From Octopus vulgaris (taxonomy: Eukaryota): a stretch of DNA of 64,000 nucleotides. Location of the stretch: contig OX597829.1 of NCBI GenBank assembly GCA_951406725.2, positions 43,772,001 through 43,836,000 on the forward strand. Reading direction: 5' to 3'. The translations under genes were made by a program, and so were the position numbers. The number at the start of each line of letters is the position of its first letter. Within the stretch, counting starts at the first letter, position 1. Shown here one piece after another: positions 1 to 15,507 of this stretch. The notes beneath the pieces were generated by a model. The model did not search any database, was not told where the DNA came from, and saw only the letters and a list, made by a program, of their open reading frames with translations.

Positions 1-47
<47 letters not shown>

Positions 48-75
48 CACATATATATATACATTATATATATTA

Positions 76-116
<41 letters not shown>

Positions 117-190
117 TATATGAACGCATCTATATGTATATATGTATATATATATATTTATAAGTGTATATATATTTATATCTTTCTCCA

Positions 191-223
<33 letters not shown>

Positions 224-968
224 CAGAGAGAGGGGAGCAGGACGGGAAACCCAGAGAATGAGAATGAGAGCGGAGACAGAGAAAGAAGAAATAGATACTA
301 TAAACGATAAGAAAACATGGACGAAATAAGACACAAAGAATTAGATATTCGTTTGATAATTTGCATTACTTCAAGAAAAAAAAAAAAAAAAAGATAAAGA
401 AAAAGAAAAAAAAAGTAATAAGACAAATAAATAGAAAAAAAAAATAACGCAAGAAATTCAGCTTAAACCAACACGAATGTAACGAAAGAATCACAGAATA
501 ACAAATAGAAACAAGATAAAAATTTTAAAAAATCCACAAGAAAATATAATACATAAAATGAATACTGAGGCTGAGGGGAAATAAAATTTTTTTTAAATCT
601 TTAATGATGTATCGTCATATAATAATAATAGGCCGGCAGGCTGAGAAGTAATATATTTTAAAAGAGATGCACGTGTGCACGTATGTTCCTGACCTTACTA
701 ATTGGCTATTTTCTTCAGGTAAGAACCTGCCGAACGAACACCGAAACGGAATGTTTCAAACAGCATGCAGTGCCTCTTTGATGACAACTTCACCGGAGAT
801 TCCGTTAACTTTGATGTCGGTCTAGATGTTTAATGGCGGCAACGGAGACATGTTCCGTAGCGGATCTCACACACTGGTCCGCGCAAAGGCGTGGAACCAA
901 CCGAACAGAGTAAAATAGAGGTGAGAAAGTTTTTTTGAACTTTTTGCACGCCTCCTTCTCACGAAAGC

Positions 969-1020
<52 letters not shown>

Positions 1021-1076
1021 TTTTCTTGTATGTTTGTTTTATTTTTTTTCTTTGGTTTTTGTGTAGACACGCGCAC

Positions 1077-1595
1077 TTACACACACATACATACACACAC
1101 ACACACACGCATGCATATGCACGTACGTATACAGTTGTATACACACATATATAAGAAAGAAACTACATGCATATAGGTATGCATATATATACATACACAC
1201 TCACATACACACAGACACACACACGCACACGCATGCATATGCACTTACGTATACAGTTGTATACACACATATATAAGAAAGAAACTACCTGCATATAGGT
1301 ATGCATATATATACATACACACTCACATACACACAGACACACACACGCACACACGCATGCATATGCACGTACGTATACAGTTGTATACACACATATATAA
1401 GAAAGAAACTACCTGCATATAGGTATGCATATATATACATACACACTCACATACACACAGACACACACACGCACACACGCATGCATATACACGTACGCAT
1501 ACAGTTGTATACACATATACATGAGAAAGAAACTACCTGCATATAGGTATGCGTATATATACATACACACTCACATACACACAGACACACACACT
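1077..1595. repeat. Minisatellite, about 4 copies of a 122-124 bp unit
   Basis: The marker agaaagaaactac recurs at about 1154, 1276, 1400 and 1524. Confidence 0.9.
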
Positions 1596-1844
1596 CATAT
1601 ATATATATAGAATATATATGTATGTGAGTGTATATGTGTGTGTGAGTGTATATGTGTGTTCACACATACACACATAAATGTATACATAGTGCATGTCTGT
1701 TGATAACCTACCTTTCTACTCATCTATATATATATATACATATATATATGTACCTTTCTACTTATATATACATGTATATGTATGTATATAACACCAATAC
1801 CTACTTACATATACATACATACACTCATAAAATCATACAAGCAT

Positions 1845-2165
1845 GCATGCATACATACATACATACATACATACATACATACATACATACATACATACAT
1901 GCATACATACATACATACATACAATCATACATACATACATACAATCGTACATGCATACATACATACACATATACAATCATACATGCATACATACATACAT
2001 ACATACATACATACGTACGTACACACACACATACATACATACATACATACATACATACACACATACATACATACATACATACATACATACATACATACAT
2101 ACATACATACATACATACATACATACGTATATACGTACATGCGTACACACACACACACACACACG
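1845..2165. repeat. (TACA)n/(CA)n microsatellite
   Basis: Direct inspection. Similar long tracts occur at 9185-9510, 9865-10447, 18610-19515, 23190-23520 and 59060-59340. Confidence 0.95.
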
Positions 2166-2848
2166 TGACTACAAATTCCAGTTTTGATTCTCCTTGTCGC
2201 CTGTCTCTGTGTCATTCATCAGAAGCTTCCTTGCATCACGTTGAAGCTAAAACCATCGATCTTAGTGACTAATTCTATACTTTAAATGAAAATGCGTAAA
2301 ATAGAATATACACACACGAAATTAAATCTTGCCTTTGATATATATACATATGTATACTTTTTTTTGTCATTTGTATTAACTTCAGTTTTTGTTTTATGTA
2401 TTGTTATATCACTTATCCGCTGGTCAAAATTGTTCGGTTCTACATTCGTGCGAAATCATTCACAAGACACACACAGACACACGCACACAGACACACACAC
2501 ACACACACACACACAGACAGACACACACACAGACACACACACACAGACACACACACACGCACAGACACATGCACACTCACAAACTCACACACACTCACGC
2601 ACACACGCAACATACACACACGCAACATACACACACACACTCACACACATACATACACACACACACACATACATACACACATGCACACACACACAGGCGC
2701 GCAAAACATACGCACACACACACACAAGCACACAAAGACAATGAAAAAGAGAAAGAATGCGAAAAAGTAGGTTATTGATCAGAAAATATGTTTATATTAT
2801 ATGAAGGTAGAATAGTAACGTCCGTAAAAAATCTACAAAATTACATGC

Positions 2849-2926
<78 letters not shown>

Positions 2927-2931
<5 letters not shown>

Positions 2932-3277
2932 CAGTATCGCCCGGCGTTGCTGGGGTTTGTAAGGGAAATAACTATATAAGTATTTTTAGAGATGTAAAGT
3001 ATAATAGCCATCTCAATATGGCTAACCACAAAGGGGGGGGGGATTACTGTAGCTTTTTACGTCCTGAGATTTAATAATAAATTTTTAGAGAGTTAATTCC
3101 CTTATATATTTTTTAAATCGTAGACTCATCGCAGACGCGCTAATACCCAGAAGGGCTCGATATGAATCACGGCTATAAGATACCCGGTTTTGGTTAAACT
3201 GCACCGAAAATGTGGGAGTAGTTAGGAATCTAAATCGTAGGAGACAGACACACAACTTCACTTTTATATATAAAGAT
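2927..3277 (-). mobile_element. Non-autonomous Helitron-like element
   Basis: The minus strand begins (a)tctttatatataaaag and ends with a GC hairpin (+ strand cccggcgttgctggg) followed by ...ctgctaa(t), matching the Helitron 5'-TC / hairpin / CTRR-3' layout. Inserted in (TA)n. Confidence 0.7.
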
Positions 3278-3385
3278 ATATATATAAATATATATCAACA
3301 ATTGAGGGTAAAATTAATTAATTAATCAATTTCACCAAGTGTTCAGTATGTAAAAGGACCATTTAAGGCGAATTCAAAATTTTAC

Positions 3386-3715
3386 ATTATATAATTAGGG
3401 CTTAGTAAAATAAATTACTTTGCCACATACTGAACTTAGTAGAAATAGCAGCCAAAAAAAATTTTCTTAGCATTTCTACAACTTAAAGAAAATTTCTCTC
3501 AGATAATGTTTACTCCAGACAGCCCACGAAAGTTTGGAGGTGATATTTTTCTGTATTTACCTCCAAACTTTCGTGGGCTGTCTGGAGTAAACATTATCTG
3601 AGAGAAATTTTCTTTAAGTTGTAGAAATGCTAAGAAAATTTTTTTTTGGCTGCTATTTCTACTAAGTTCAGTATGTGGCAAAGTAATTTATTTTACTAAG
3701 CCCTAATTATATAAT
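3386..3715. repeat. Near-perfect inverted repeat (about 156-bp arms, 17-nt loop)
   Basis: 3386-3541 is the reverse complement of 3559-3715, with a one-base difference in an A/T run. Confidence 0.95.
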
Positions 3716-4116
3716 ATATATATATATATATATACATGTATATATGGGGGTGATTGTGAGACAGGGATAGTTGAGGCATTCCCTGAGATATTCGAACATC
3801 AAAACAGTTTTAAACCTCATAGCTGTGCTAACTATGAGCCAAAGAGACGTCTCAGCCTTTCACCGACTAAAGTTGTGAACTTTAATGACTTACAAGAGGC
3901 CGGTAAACGACGACGATGTCAGTCCACACAGTAAGAAAGGTGTTGTGTGTGCGTATAGGGATACAAGGGTCAGGAAAATACCACTTGAATACAAGCGAAG
4001 GTTTGATCAAACTAGGACGGGTCGCTTGGATGAAAGGGTATGTTATAGAACCTTACGCAAGCAGTGACTCCAGGATACAATATAAAAAAATGCCTAGGCA
4101 TTCAGTTTGAAGATAT

Positions 4117-4545
4117 ACTCTTTACTCTCTTTTACTCTTTTACTTGTTTCAGTCATTTGACTGCGGCCATGCTGGAGCACCGCCTTTTAGTCGAGCAAAT
4201 CGACCCCGAGACTTATTCTTTGTAAGCCCAGTACTTATTCTATCAGTCTCTTTTGCCGAACCGCTAAGTGACGGGGACGTAAACACACCAGCATCGGTTG
4301 TCAAGCAATGCTAGAAGGACAAACACAAACAAACATATACACACACATACATACATATATATATATATATATACATATATACGACAGGCTTCTTTCAGTT
4401 TCCGTCTACCAAATCCACTCACAACGCTTTGGTCGGCCTGAGGCTATAGCAGAAGACACTTGCCCAAGATGCCACGCAGTGGGACTGAACCCGGAACCAT
4501 GTGGTTGGTTAGCAAGCTACTTACCACACAGCCACTCCTGCGCCT
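4117..4545 (-). mobile_element. SINE family A (tRNA-like head, CORE-like segment, internal TA/TG microsatellite, (GTAAAAGA)n-like tail)
   Basis: A-box-like tggctgtgtgg, B-box-like ggttcagtcc and accttgggcaagtg (CORE-like); many copies in the window. Confidence 0.85.
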
Positions 4546-4595
4546 ATATATATATCGAATAATAATAATAAATAATATATATATATATTTATATA

Positions 4596-4827
4596 TATTT
4601 CTTTACTACCCACAAGGGGCTAAACACAGAGGGGACAAACAAGGACAGACAAACGGATTAAGTCGATTACATTGATCCCAGTGCGTAACTGGTACTTAAT
4701 TTATCGACCCCGAAAGGATGAAAGGCAAAGTCGACCTCGTCGGAATTTGAACTCGGAACGTAACGGCAGACGAAATACGGCTACGCATTTCACCCGGCGT
4801 GCTAACGTTTCTGCCAGCTCGCCGCCT
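4596..4827 (-). mobile_element. SINE family B (tRNA-like head, central gcctttcatcctttcggggtcgataaa domain, Tx1-like tail)
   Basis: Multi-copy; B-box gagttcaaattcc; flanked by an AT-rich TSD (atatatatttatatat). Confidence 0.85.
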
Positions 4828-5113
4828 TATATATATTTATATATGGGTATAGGACTTCACCAACTGTGCAAACATCATGAGATACATAAACAAACGAGTT
4901 AAATACGTAAACAACGACAAAAAAATGGAAAACAGGACAAATAAATACAGAGAAAGGGACCTTCATCAGTTGTCGGTTGTCTTTTTACTCCATATTTCGA
5001 GCATTCAACGAATATGTGCGTGATTGTATGGCTGTATGTAAGTAATAGAATGCGCGGTTGTACGTGTGTACGAGAGAGAGAGAGAGAGTGAGAGTGAGAG
5101 AGAGTGAGAGAGA

Positions 5114-5209
<96 letters not shown>

Positions 5210-5387
5210 CAGAAGATGTGTGTGTATGTGTGATATAAATATAAAACCTGAGGATTGCATGAAGGCACCAAACATTTTATAAAATTCTGTCTCAGTTGTT
5301 TTTCATTGCATGAAACTATTAGAAGCTCATAAATATATATAAATTATACATTGTGTTTATTAAATTGTTGTGTGGACGCCTCTAGAC

Positions 5388-5606
5388 CAGTGGTTTTCAA
5401 CCAGGGTTCCGCTGAACCTTAGGGTTCCGCCAGTACAGTCCAGGGGTTCCGCAAGAAGTTACAAAACTGCTAAAATCGGCAGTAATTTTTAATTCTCCTG
5501 TGCAGATATGTGTGCATAAGACTATTGAATTATTGCACAGTGGTTCCCCGAGCCAGTGGGATGTTTCCTTGGGGTTCCGCTCCAGCAAAAAGTTTGAAAA
5601 GCACTG
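5388..5606. mobile_element. hAT (Charlie-like) MITE
   Basis: TIRs cagtggttttcaa / ttgaaaagcactg; 8-bp TSD ctctagac at 5380-5387 and 5607-5614; subterminal gggttccgc repeats. Confidence 0.92.
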
Positions 5607-5850
5607 CTCTAGACGATGAAGTAGGCTAGCCCAATACGTAGATATAGAGGGAGAAGCCTAGACGTCGTGAGAATAGCGTAGAGTAGCGGTCGTAGAAGAC
5701 TAGAACAGCGTAGAGTAGCGGTGAGAGTTGTGTAGAAGGCATCCGAACGTGCGACATAACATAAATAATATTAATTTCTCACCAGATGGAGTACTATTTT
5801 TGTTGATTTTTACCATCGCGGAACAGTACACTATGTATACTCTCTCTCTC

Positions 5851-6269
5851 TCTTTTTTACTCTTTTACTTGTTTCAGTCATTTGACTGCGGCCATGCTGG
5901 AGCACCGCCTTTAATCGAGCAACTCGACCCCGGGACTTATTCTTTTGTAAGCCCAGTACTTATTCTATCGATATCTTTCGCCGAATCGCTAAGTAACGGG
6001 GACCTACACACACCAGCATCGGTTGTCAAGCAATGCTAGGGGGACAAACACAGACACACAAACACACACACGCATATATATATATATATATATATACATA
6101 TATACGACGGGCTTCTTTCAGTTTCCGTTCTTCCAAATCCACTCACAAGGCTTTGGTCGGCCCGAGGCTATAGTAGAAGACACTTGCCCAAGGTGCCACG
6201 CAGTGGGACTGAACCCGGAACCATGTGGTTGGTAAACAAGCTACTTACCACACAGCCACTCCTGAGCCT
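5851..6269 (-). mobile_element. SINE family A copy
   Basis: Closely similar to 4117-4545. Confidence 0.85.
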
Positions 6270-6614
6270 ATGTATATATATATAAACACTTTTGTAGCTC
6301 TAACTAATGCTTTCGACACCGTAATCTAGGGATGCGCTTTGGGTTGTCCTCAGTAAGCTAAGATGTTCAAGAGAAGATGCTCAATGTCATAATTTCTTTC
6401 CATCAAGGGATGATGGCTTCTGTCAGATCTAGCAGGGAAGTGTCCAATTCATTCACAGTTTCAAATGGGGCAAAAGAAGGTCGTGTTTTGCACCACTCTT
6501 ATTTGCAGGCCTCAAGAGACACATTCGTGTCCACAGAACATGTTCAATGCTATTTTTTACTAAACTCTCATTTGTCGTTCACCAAAGAATCTATCATATG
6601 TGTGTGAACACACA

Positions 6615-6647
<33 letters not shown>

Positions 6648-7074
6648 TATATGATTTAAGAGAAATAACTCGGTGGTCGACATATATAGGTATAATAAAT
6701 AGCATTCATCTTAATTTCTTGATTTATAAAAAAAATTATCTCCTTCTCGGGAGGACTTTTCACAATTATCAAATTGTAATTACCAGCTCTACTTGAGGAA
6801 GAAGGATAATCTTTAAAAGGAGATAATCTCAATTAAGCTTTCTTGTTAATTGAAATTCCATTAAAAAAAAGGACAGCCTTATTAGTCTGGTTGGTGATAA
6901 GAGGGCAGTCGTCGATCGCGTTCCTGCCTAAATAGACGTCATACAATAGCCAAGAGACTTAAGCTTTTTGACAATTGACAAGTTCCTTAACTCCTTGGTG
7001 GTCGTTGGGGCGCTGCAGCCACGCAGCATATCTTGGGAGAGAAGGCCCAGTGGACCCCCATCCCTCTCCAGGCT

Positions 7075-7375
7075 AAACACATTGCTACAGCTGAGTGAGC
7101 TGGAGCAACGTGACATGAAGTCTCTTGCTCAAGAATACAACGGATCGCCTGGTCAAGGGATCGAATCTACTATCTTACGGTCGTGAATCCAAAAACGCTA
7201 ACCACTAAGATACGTGACTCCACGAATGTTACTCATTTCTACGGCCTAGTGGACTGGAGTAACGTGAAGTGAAGTGAGGCTCAAGAAGACAACGCATCGC
7301 CTGGTACTGGAATCGAAACCACAATTTTATGATCGTGAGTCCAACACCCTAACCACTAAGCCACCTGCCTCCACT
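7075..7375 (-). mobile_element. Two tandem fragments of a tRNA-headed SINE (related to family C)
   Basis: Repeated ggagcaacgtga...gctcaagaa...gaatcgaa...ctaaccactaag; similar copy at 62183-62440. Confidence 0.65.
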
Positions 7376-7691
7376 TAAACCTTTTATTATAGTATGAATC
7401 TGAAAAAGACAAAGGTCATGTTGTCACAGTCTCCAAGCCGGTCACGTGTCGGATCAAACTTCTTCGTCCAGGGTAGACTGGATATGGTCGTCTCCTTCAT
7501 CTACCTTGACAGCATTCTCTCTAGAGGTAGATCCCTTGAAACAGTAAAACATTTGAAAGTTAGAAAATCAGGTGTGGTCGGGAAAATGTATCAATCTAGA
7601 CAAGGCTCTGCGTTTATGAATTATGCCTCTTAATTGCTCTATTATTCTCTTCGGGGAGTCTGACTACATATCAAGGCTTTAGAAAGATCCC

Positions 7692-7923
7692 TATTTCTTT
7701 AATACCCGCAAGGGGCTAAACACAGAGGGGACAAACAAGGACAGACATAGGTATTAAGTCGATTACATCGACCCCAGTGTGTAACTGGTACTTAATTTAT
7801 CGACCCCGAAAGGATGAAAGGCTAAGTCGACCTCGGCGGAATTTGAACTCAGAACGTAGCAGCAGACGAAATACCACTAAGCATTTCACCCGGCGTGCTA
7901 ACGTTTCTGCCAGCTCGCCGCCT
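7692..7923 (-). mobile_element. SINE family B copy
   Basis: TSD ctttagaaagatccc on both sides. Confidence 0.9.
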
Positions 7924-8719
7924 TTAGAAAGATCCCGTCAGACTTACCTTGAGAGAATTTTCAACAGTCTCTAACTCCCGATACTGTTGTTCTTCAGCGG
8001 GTCAGCACATTCGATATTGAAATATTGATCATGCGCAAACAGATGCGTTGGGGGGGCTTATTAGTATACAGAATGACAGGTTACATAAGCAGTTTAACGA
8101 GGAGTTGCAACGTGGTAAGGGTCTAAGACTTAAACTCAAGAAGCGGTTTAGGAATGCACGGTGCCAAGTGGGCCACTTTTGGTAAGCAGAACTGGTGATG
8201 TGGCAACCTTAAGTCTCTTAGTGTGAGTGAAGTGATAAAGACTGGGAACAGTTGACGGAAGATCGATCGGTATGTAAAGAAGCGATCTACAATGGTTATA
8301 AACTATTTGAAACAAAAGGAGAATCGAACAGTCCATCTTGAAACAAGCACTTCATCAACAAGGACTCGTCTTTAATCCGAGACACACATCTACCTGAGAA
8401 TATTTGTAAAATCAGAAGTAGGGTCTGTTTGTACGAAACCGGAATTGTTAGTTACATGAGATCTCAAGGCGGCACAAAATGGTTAAAAAGATTGCCTTCT
8501 GTAAAGAAGTGGCAATCATCATGCATATTTGCATCTACATACATCCCTACGTACATCTCTCTCTCTCTTACACACTTCCTTCTCTCTCCCTCTCATTCCC
8601 ATACCTCACTCCCTCTCCCCCTCTCTCTCTCTCTCTGGTGTTGTAAGGTTAAGCGTTTTATGGACGCGAAACACTAGGTTACCCCATAGACCGGCCGTAA
8701 CTATCTCTTTCTATCACGA

Positions 8720-8879
8720 GGACAGGCGTGGCTGTGTGGTAAGAAGCTTCCTTCCCAACCACATGGTTTCGGATTCAGTCCCACGGCCCGGCACCTTGGT
8801 CAAGTGTCTTCTACTATAGCCACGGGGTGACCAAAGCGCTGTGAGTGGATTTAATAGATGGAAACTGGAAGAAGCCCGT

Positions 8880-8944
<65 letters not shown>

Positions 8945-9160
8945 CTGTATATCTGTGTTTGCCCCTCACCATCGCTTGACAACCGATGCTGGTGTGTTTA
9001 TGTCCCGTAACCTAGCGGTTCTGCGAGAGAAACCGATAGAGTAAGTACTAGGATTACAAAGAATAAGTCCTGGTGGTCGATTTCTTCGACTAACAACATT
9101 TAAGGCGGTGCTCCAGCATGGCCGCTGTCAAATGACTGAAGCAAGTAAAAGAATAGAAGA
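8720..9160 (+). mobile_element. SINE family A copy
   Basis: Similarity to the other copies. Confidence 0.85.
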
Positions 9161-9941
9161 ATATATATTAGCTGAACGAACGTATGTGTGTATGTATGTA
9201 TGTATGTATGTATGTATGTATGTATGTATGTATGTATGTATGTATGTATGTATGTATGTATGTATGCATATATGTATGTATATATGTATGTATGTATGCC
9301 AGCTCGCCGCTGAATAAATATAGCTAAACGAACGTATGTGTGTATGTATGTATGTGTGTATGTATGTATGTATGTATGTATGTATGTATGTATGTATGTA
9401 TGTATGTATGTATGTATGTATGTATGTATGTATGTATGTATGTATGTATGTATGTATGTATGTATGTATGTGTGTGTATGTATGTATGTGTATGTATGTA
9501 TGTATATATAGATATATATATTAATGAATGTATCTACAAAAATTGGATGACATATTGCGTGTACTTTCGCGTGCATTTGTATATCCATTTGTCTATGTCT
9601 GTCTGTGACTGTGTGTACGACTGTATGCCTGCAATATATATCTTATTCAGATTTCTTTGTGAAACGACTTCTTTTGACGCCATATTGTTTTCGCTTGGTT
9701 TTCTTTTGAATTCATAAAGAAGTTAATTGGTTCCATTAAGAATAAAATTAACTTTTAATTGTCAACTTATCGCAGGCACATTTTGTAGGCGCACAGGCGT
9801 ACTCCTTGAACTGTATATGGTTACTTTTATATAATTTCTAGCCATTAGCGTCAAATGTTTCAATGCATGCATACATACATACACATACATACATACATAC
9901 ATACATACATACATACATACATACATACATACATACATACA

Positions 9942-9973
<32 letters not shown>

Positions 9974-10732
9974 CATACATACATTACATACACATGCATG
10001 CATACATACATAAATACAACATACATACATACATACATACATACATACATACATACATACAACAACACATACATACATATACATACATACATACATACAT
10101 ACATACATACATACATACTACATACATACATATATACATACATACATACATAGAAATACATACAAACTACATACATACATACATACATACATGAATACAT
10201 ACATACATACATACATACATACTACATACATACATATATACATACATTACAAACATACATACATACATACATACATACATGATACATACATACATACACA
10301 TGTACATCTACATACATACATACATGACATACATACATACATACATACATACATACATACATACATACATACGTACATACATACATACATACATACATAC
10401 ATACATACATACATACATACATACATACATACATACATACATACATACTGCTGAATTCCCGTTCGAAAATATATAATTTTCAAAGTGACACACAGTCACT
10501 GATATAATAAATAGAAACATTATTATTTCTTAATCTCTCAAAGAGAGATATTCAGTAACAGTTCTTTCAAGTAAAGACTATTTGCAACATAATGTGGCTG
10601 TCCTGAAAAGGACGATCGTTACTGTTGTTTAGCCCCCGGAAACATCGTTTCCCGCTGGCTATACGACAAAAAATCCTTGTCCTTATATTTTCGAATAGGG
10701 AGTCTAACACCCTCATCCAATATAAGGCAACA

Positions 10733-10775
10733 TCTGTGGACCGGTTTCTGGGTTATTGCCCTTTATCAACACAAA
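10733..10775 (-). ncRNA. Minimal hammerhead ribozyme-like motif, U3-A8 core variant
   Basis: Minus strand: tttgtg-TTGATAA-a-ggg(caataa)ccc-a-GAA-ACCGGT-C-cacaga. Stem I pairs, stem III is palindromic and the cleavage triplet is GUC; one extra base precedes GAAA. Confidence 0.6.
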
Positions 10776-10808
10776 GTAGCTGCCTGGCCAGGTGGCGCTG
10801 CTGAATGT

Positions 10809-10839
<31 letters not shown>

Positions 10840-10882
10840 CATACATACATACATATACATACATATACATATATATACATAC

Positions 10883-10922
<40 letters not shown>

Positions 10923-10947
10923 ACAAACACACACAAACACACACACA

Positions 10948-11028
<81 letters not shown>

Positions 11029-11692
11029 TGTTTGTGTTTGTATGTATGTATGAGTAAACACAAACACACACACACGCGCATATATGTGCACGCGCATACA
11101 TACAAAAGTCAATAGTTTTTATCGCTTTTTAGTATACGTGTATGTAACTTCTAGTAATGCTATTAAAAACGTCAGATATTCCTGATAGCCACGGATGAAA
11201 TTGTACGAAAATAAACCGATCTACCATCAGTGTGATGATATAGTCTGATAAACATACTATATCGATATATAATGTTTAGATCTGTGCAGATTAATACAGA
11301 AAAACAAAGCTCCCGTGCGAGACTGTATAAAATGTAAAATTCCAACACGCTCCCAAAAACCTGAAACTGGTTATTTATAATTCAATGAATATTTGAATCG
11401 AAATTATCAATCTTGATATTACTGTCGCTTTTATTTATAATTGTTTTCTGAAACGAATCGACTGCTTTCTGTCTTGAGACTAGAGTAGCATACATGTTGA
11501 AAAACCTGCACAACGAGATTTTAATGATAAGAGAAAAATAGTCAATGATCACAAATGATTCGTCTGAGAGATCTCCAACGATATATGTAGACAATAGTAT
11601 TACATGCTTCTCGCAGTCTGATTAGGTGACGCTTTAAGCTAACTCGGCGCATTTACACCTATTTGTCTACTGCAAGCAATTTTATTCACGTC

Positions 11693-12567
<875 letters not shown>

Positions 12568-13758
12568 TGTTTTCGTATGCGTTCTAATGTCTAAAGCATA
12601 TTCAAACTGGTTATAGATTTGTAATAATACAACTATATTTCTAGAATGTTTATGTCTATCCTTATAGGTGATTTTTCAGTGCTCTTATAGGAAAGCTGAT
12701 ATATATGTGTCTAAACTATCATGAAAGTTTTGAACTCAACACATAAATATCATTGATTCTTCGGCCCCCCCAGCTTGCTTCAAGCTGCATTTTGCTCATT
12801 TGATATAATTGTGTTCGTAGTGAAATATACAACAGCCATTGATAATTGTTGTCAGGAAAATTTTAAGTGAAACTTCAGAGCAAGCATAAATATTACTGCT
12901 CTTTTTTTCTGACTCTCTAATGAGTCAGGTCATCCACAACTGCCATTTGGGATATTCCAATGAAATATGCTCCAGTTTTTTTGTTTTTTTTTCAGCCTAT
13001 GATAATGAAAAGAAGGCATTTTGGGATACCACAAGTGGTTAACTTTGCCTTTTATCTTTTTGGTGTTGAAAAGTTATTTGTACAACTCATATTATTTTTT
13101 AAGTCAATCGGAGTAATTTGAGGGAGATTTGACTGATATCTTTAGCTGGTTGCATGAGTATATACAGTCTCTCTCACTGGTTCATGTTTCTTTTTTTTAT
13201 TTGTTTGTGTTTTTGTTCCATTTTACAGTTTTATAGTTCCAGGAAATTCTTCTTGTAACGATTCATGTTATATCTGTGCCCATCTCATTTCTTTTCTTTA
13301 AGGCGAAATTTGGCTTGACAAACATGACCTAATTTATCCAAATGTATTTAGAGAGTTAACTTTGGTTTATCGTTGTTTCTTGACGGATGACCATCACTAC
13401 AGAAACAATCTGGTACCTAATATACATTTTCCTTCTGTAATATTTTAACCTCGGACTATCTTATCCAATATGTTTACATTTTAAGGTGATAAGTTATAGT
13501 TCGAATGAGCCTAGGCTGCTCTGTAAAATCGGTCGAATAAATTCTTAAAGTGTCCCTCTATCATACATTGACCAAATTGTACCGGGAGTACAGAATAGCA
13601 TTTGTTTATGTTTCGTATTGTATTTATATGTCCAGTCTATTTCTGAAGTTTCGCATATTTGAGAGTTGGACATATTTCCTGATGGTCAAATTAAAGTTGG
13701 TCAGAGTAAAAATGGTTTCTGTTCCTTCCCACTAATTATTTTTCTGCATCTATCAACT

Positions 13759-13797
<39 letters not shown>

Positions 13798-14466
13798 TGG
13801 GGGAGGCCATGCAGCATTTAAAGGCCATGCAGCATTTAGTTAGGTACCTTTATGTTCCTTGTTCAAATCCTACCAAAAATGACTTTAGCTTTCATCTGTC
13901 CATAAAACAAAACACCGGGCTGATTTCTAAAATATCTGTTCTTTTCCCCCACTTTTTTTGTTGTCTTGCGTCTGTTTTAGAAATAATTATTAAAACATAA
14001 AAGCGAATGAAACACAATATTATTGGTGGTAATGGCGTACGTTTTTGTTTTTGTTAGATAAATACGTTTATTATCGTCAATTGGTTCATTTCATAAATAA
14101 ATACAAAAAAAATATATATATACAGAGGGTAATGAAAGAAAATCGTTGTAAAGATAGCAACATATTAAAAAAAAAAGCTTGAACATTAAATGCTACAAGA
14201 TTTTTTTATATCATTGTCCATTGACGCCATTTGTATTAACAGAATAAAATATGGCGAAAGGATTGTAAACATTTATAATCAAAAGGAAAAGATATAAAAT
14301 GAACGTAAATTGCTTGAAAAGTCTTTATAAAAAAAATAGAACAAAAATTACTGTTGAAGAGTCTTAAAAATAGTATTGGAGTCGATACTAGTATTGCTAA
14401 ATTTATAGTGATATCAACAACAAGGGTGATAAATAGAGACGCCTGATCATATATAGCTGCTAGCGT

Positions 14467-14822
14467 AGGCAAGTTTGCTTCCTACGAATATAGTTCGGGG
14501 TTCTATCCCACTTGTTGGCACCTTGGGCAACTGTCTTCTACTTGAGGCATGGACCGACTGAAGCCTTGCTGTGGATATGCTATATGGAAACTGAACGAAG
14601 CCCACCACACATGCACACACACATATTTGTGCGTGTGTGAACTTTTGTTCGACGTTGATTTGTTTTCGTCCTCATGATTTGTGGTTCGGCAAAAAGAGAC
14701 TGGTTGAATAAGCACCAAGCTTCAGAAAAAATAAAGTACTGGGGTCGATTCGTTCCACTAAACCTTTCAAGGCATTGCTGCTGAATGGCCGTTGTTCAAT
14801 TAATGGAAAAAGTAGAAGATAA
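14467..14822 (+). mobile_element. Degenerate SINE family A copy
   Basis: Retains ccttgggcaa...cttctac, ggttcggcaaaaagagac and ggggtcgatt motifs. Confidence 0.7.
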
Positions 14823-14864
14823 ATAGTTTGTATGTGTGTGTATATATATATGTTCTTTTATTTT

Positions 14865-15075
14865 TACGGAGATGTACTTGCATAGTAAGTGTCATGATCT
14901 GAGATCGTGTGCTGGAACGAAAACAGTTGCAGCGTGGAAGGTGTTTATAAGTCATTTAAGAAACACACAAAAACCGTTAGATTCACTTCAACATTTAAAT
15001 TTAATTTGTCAAAATATTTTCGTCGCTTTCAGACCGCGACCTGTTCACTGACAAAACTTCGTGCTGCATCTGAGA
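14865..15075 (-). mobile_element. Short Penelope-like non-autonomous repeat containing a hammerhead motif
   Basis: Homologous to 34334-34533, where most of the sequence is inverted relative to the first about 45 bp. Confidence 0.7.
15005..15055 (-). ncRNA. Minimal hammerhead motif, G3-C8 core variant
   Basis: Minus strand: tttgtca-GTGAACA-g-gtcgc(ggtctgaaa)gcgac-GAA-AATATT-T-tgacaaa; 7-bp stem I, 5-bp stem II, palindromic stem III. Confidence 0.72.
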
Positions 15076-15106
15076 AAGTAACAGTTAGTTCAGGATATAT
15101 ATGTGC

Positions 15107-15140
<34 letters not shown>

Positions 15141-15411
15141 ATGTGTGTATGTATTGCGTGTATGTATGTATGTGCATATGTATGTATGTGTGTACATGTA
15201 CGTGTGTATGCATGTGTGCATGCCTATACGCATGTATGTATGTACTTATGTGCTTACGTATGTATGTGAGTATTTAGGAGAGTGTGTAGGCGTGTCTGTG
15301 TGTGTGTACATGTGTATGTACATGTCAGCGTATGTCTATGTACTGATATATGTCAGTTCAAGTTGTATACATGACTGTTACCCTTGTTGAAGGTTGTATA
15401 TATACACACAT

Positions 15412-15507
<96 letters not shown>

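Larger units (their letters stand above)
6285..8400 (+). pseudogene. Degenerate RTE-like LINE reverse transcriptase relic, interrupted by SINEs and microsatellites
   Basis: Fragments translate as FVALTNAFDTV, MLNVIISFHQGMMASVR...FTVSNGAKEG, MNLKKTKVM and MRKQMRWG, with many stops and frameshifts. Confidence 0.75.

Noticed and set aside
4955-5005. Minus-strand CTGATGAAG and GAAA hammerhead candidate
   Set aside because: The motifs are in the wrong order for type I and there is no pairing stem II; at most a Penelope-like remnant.
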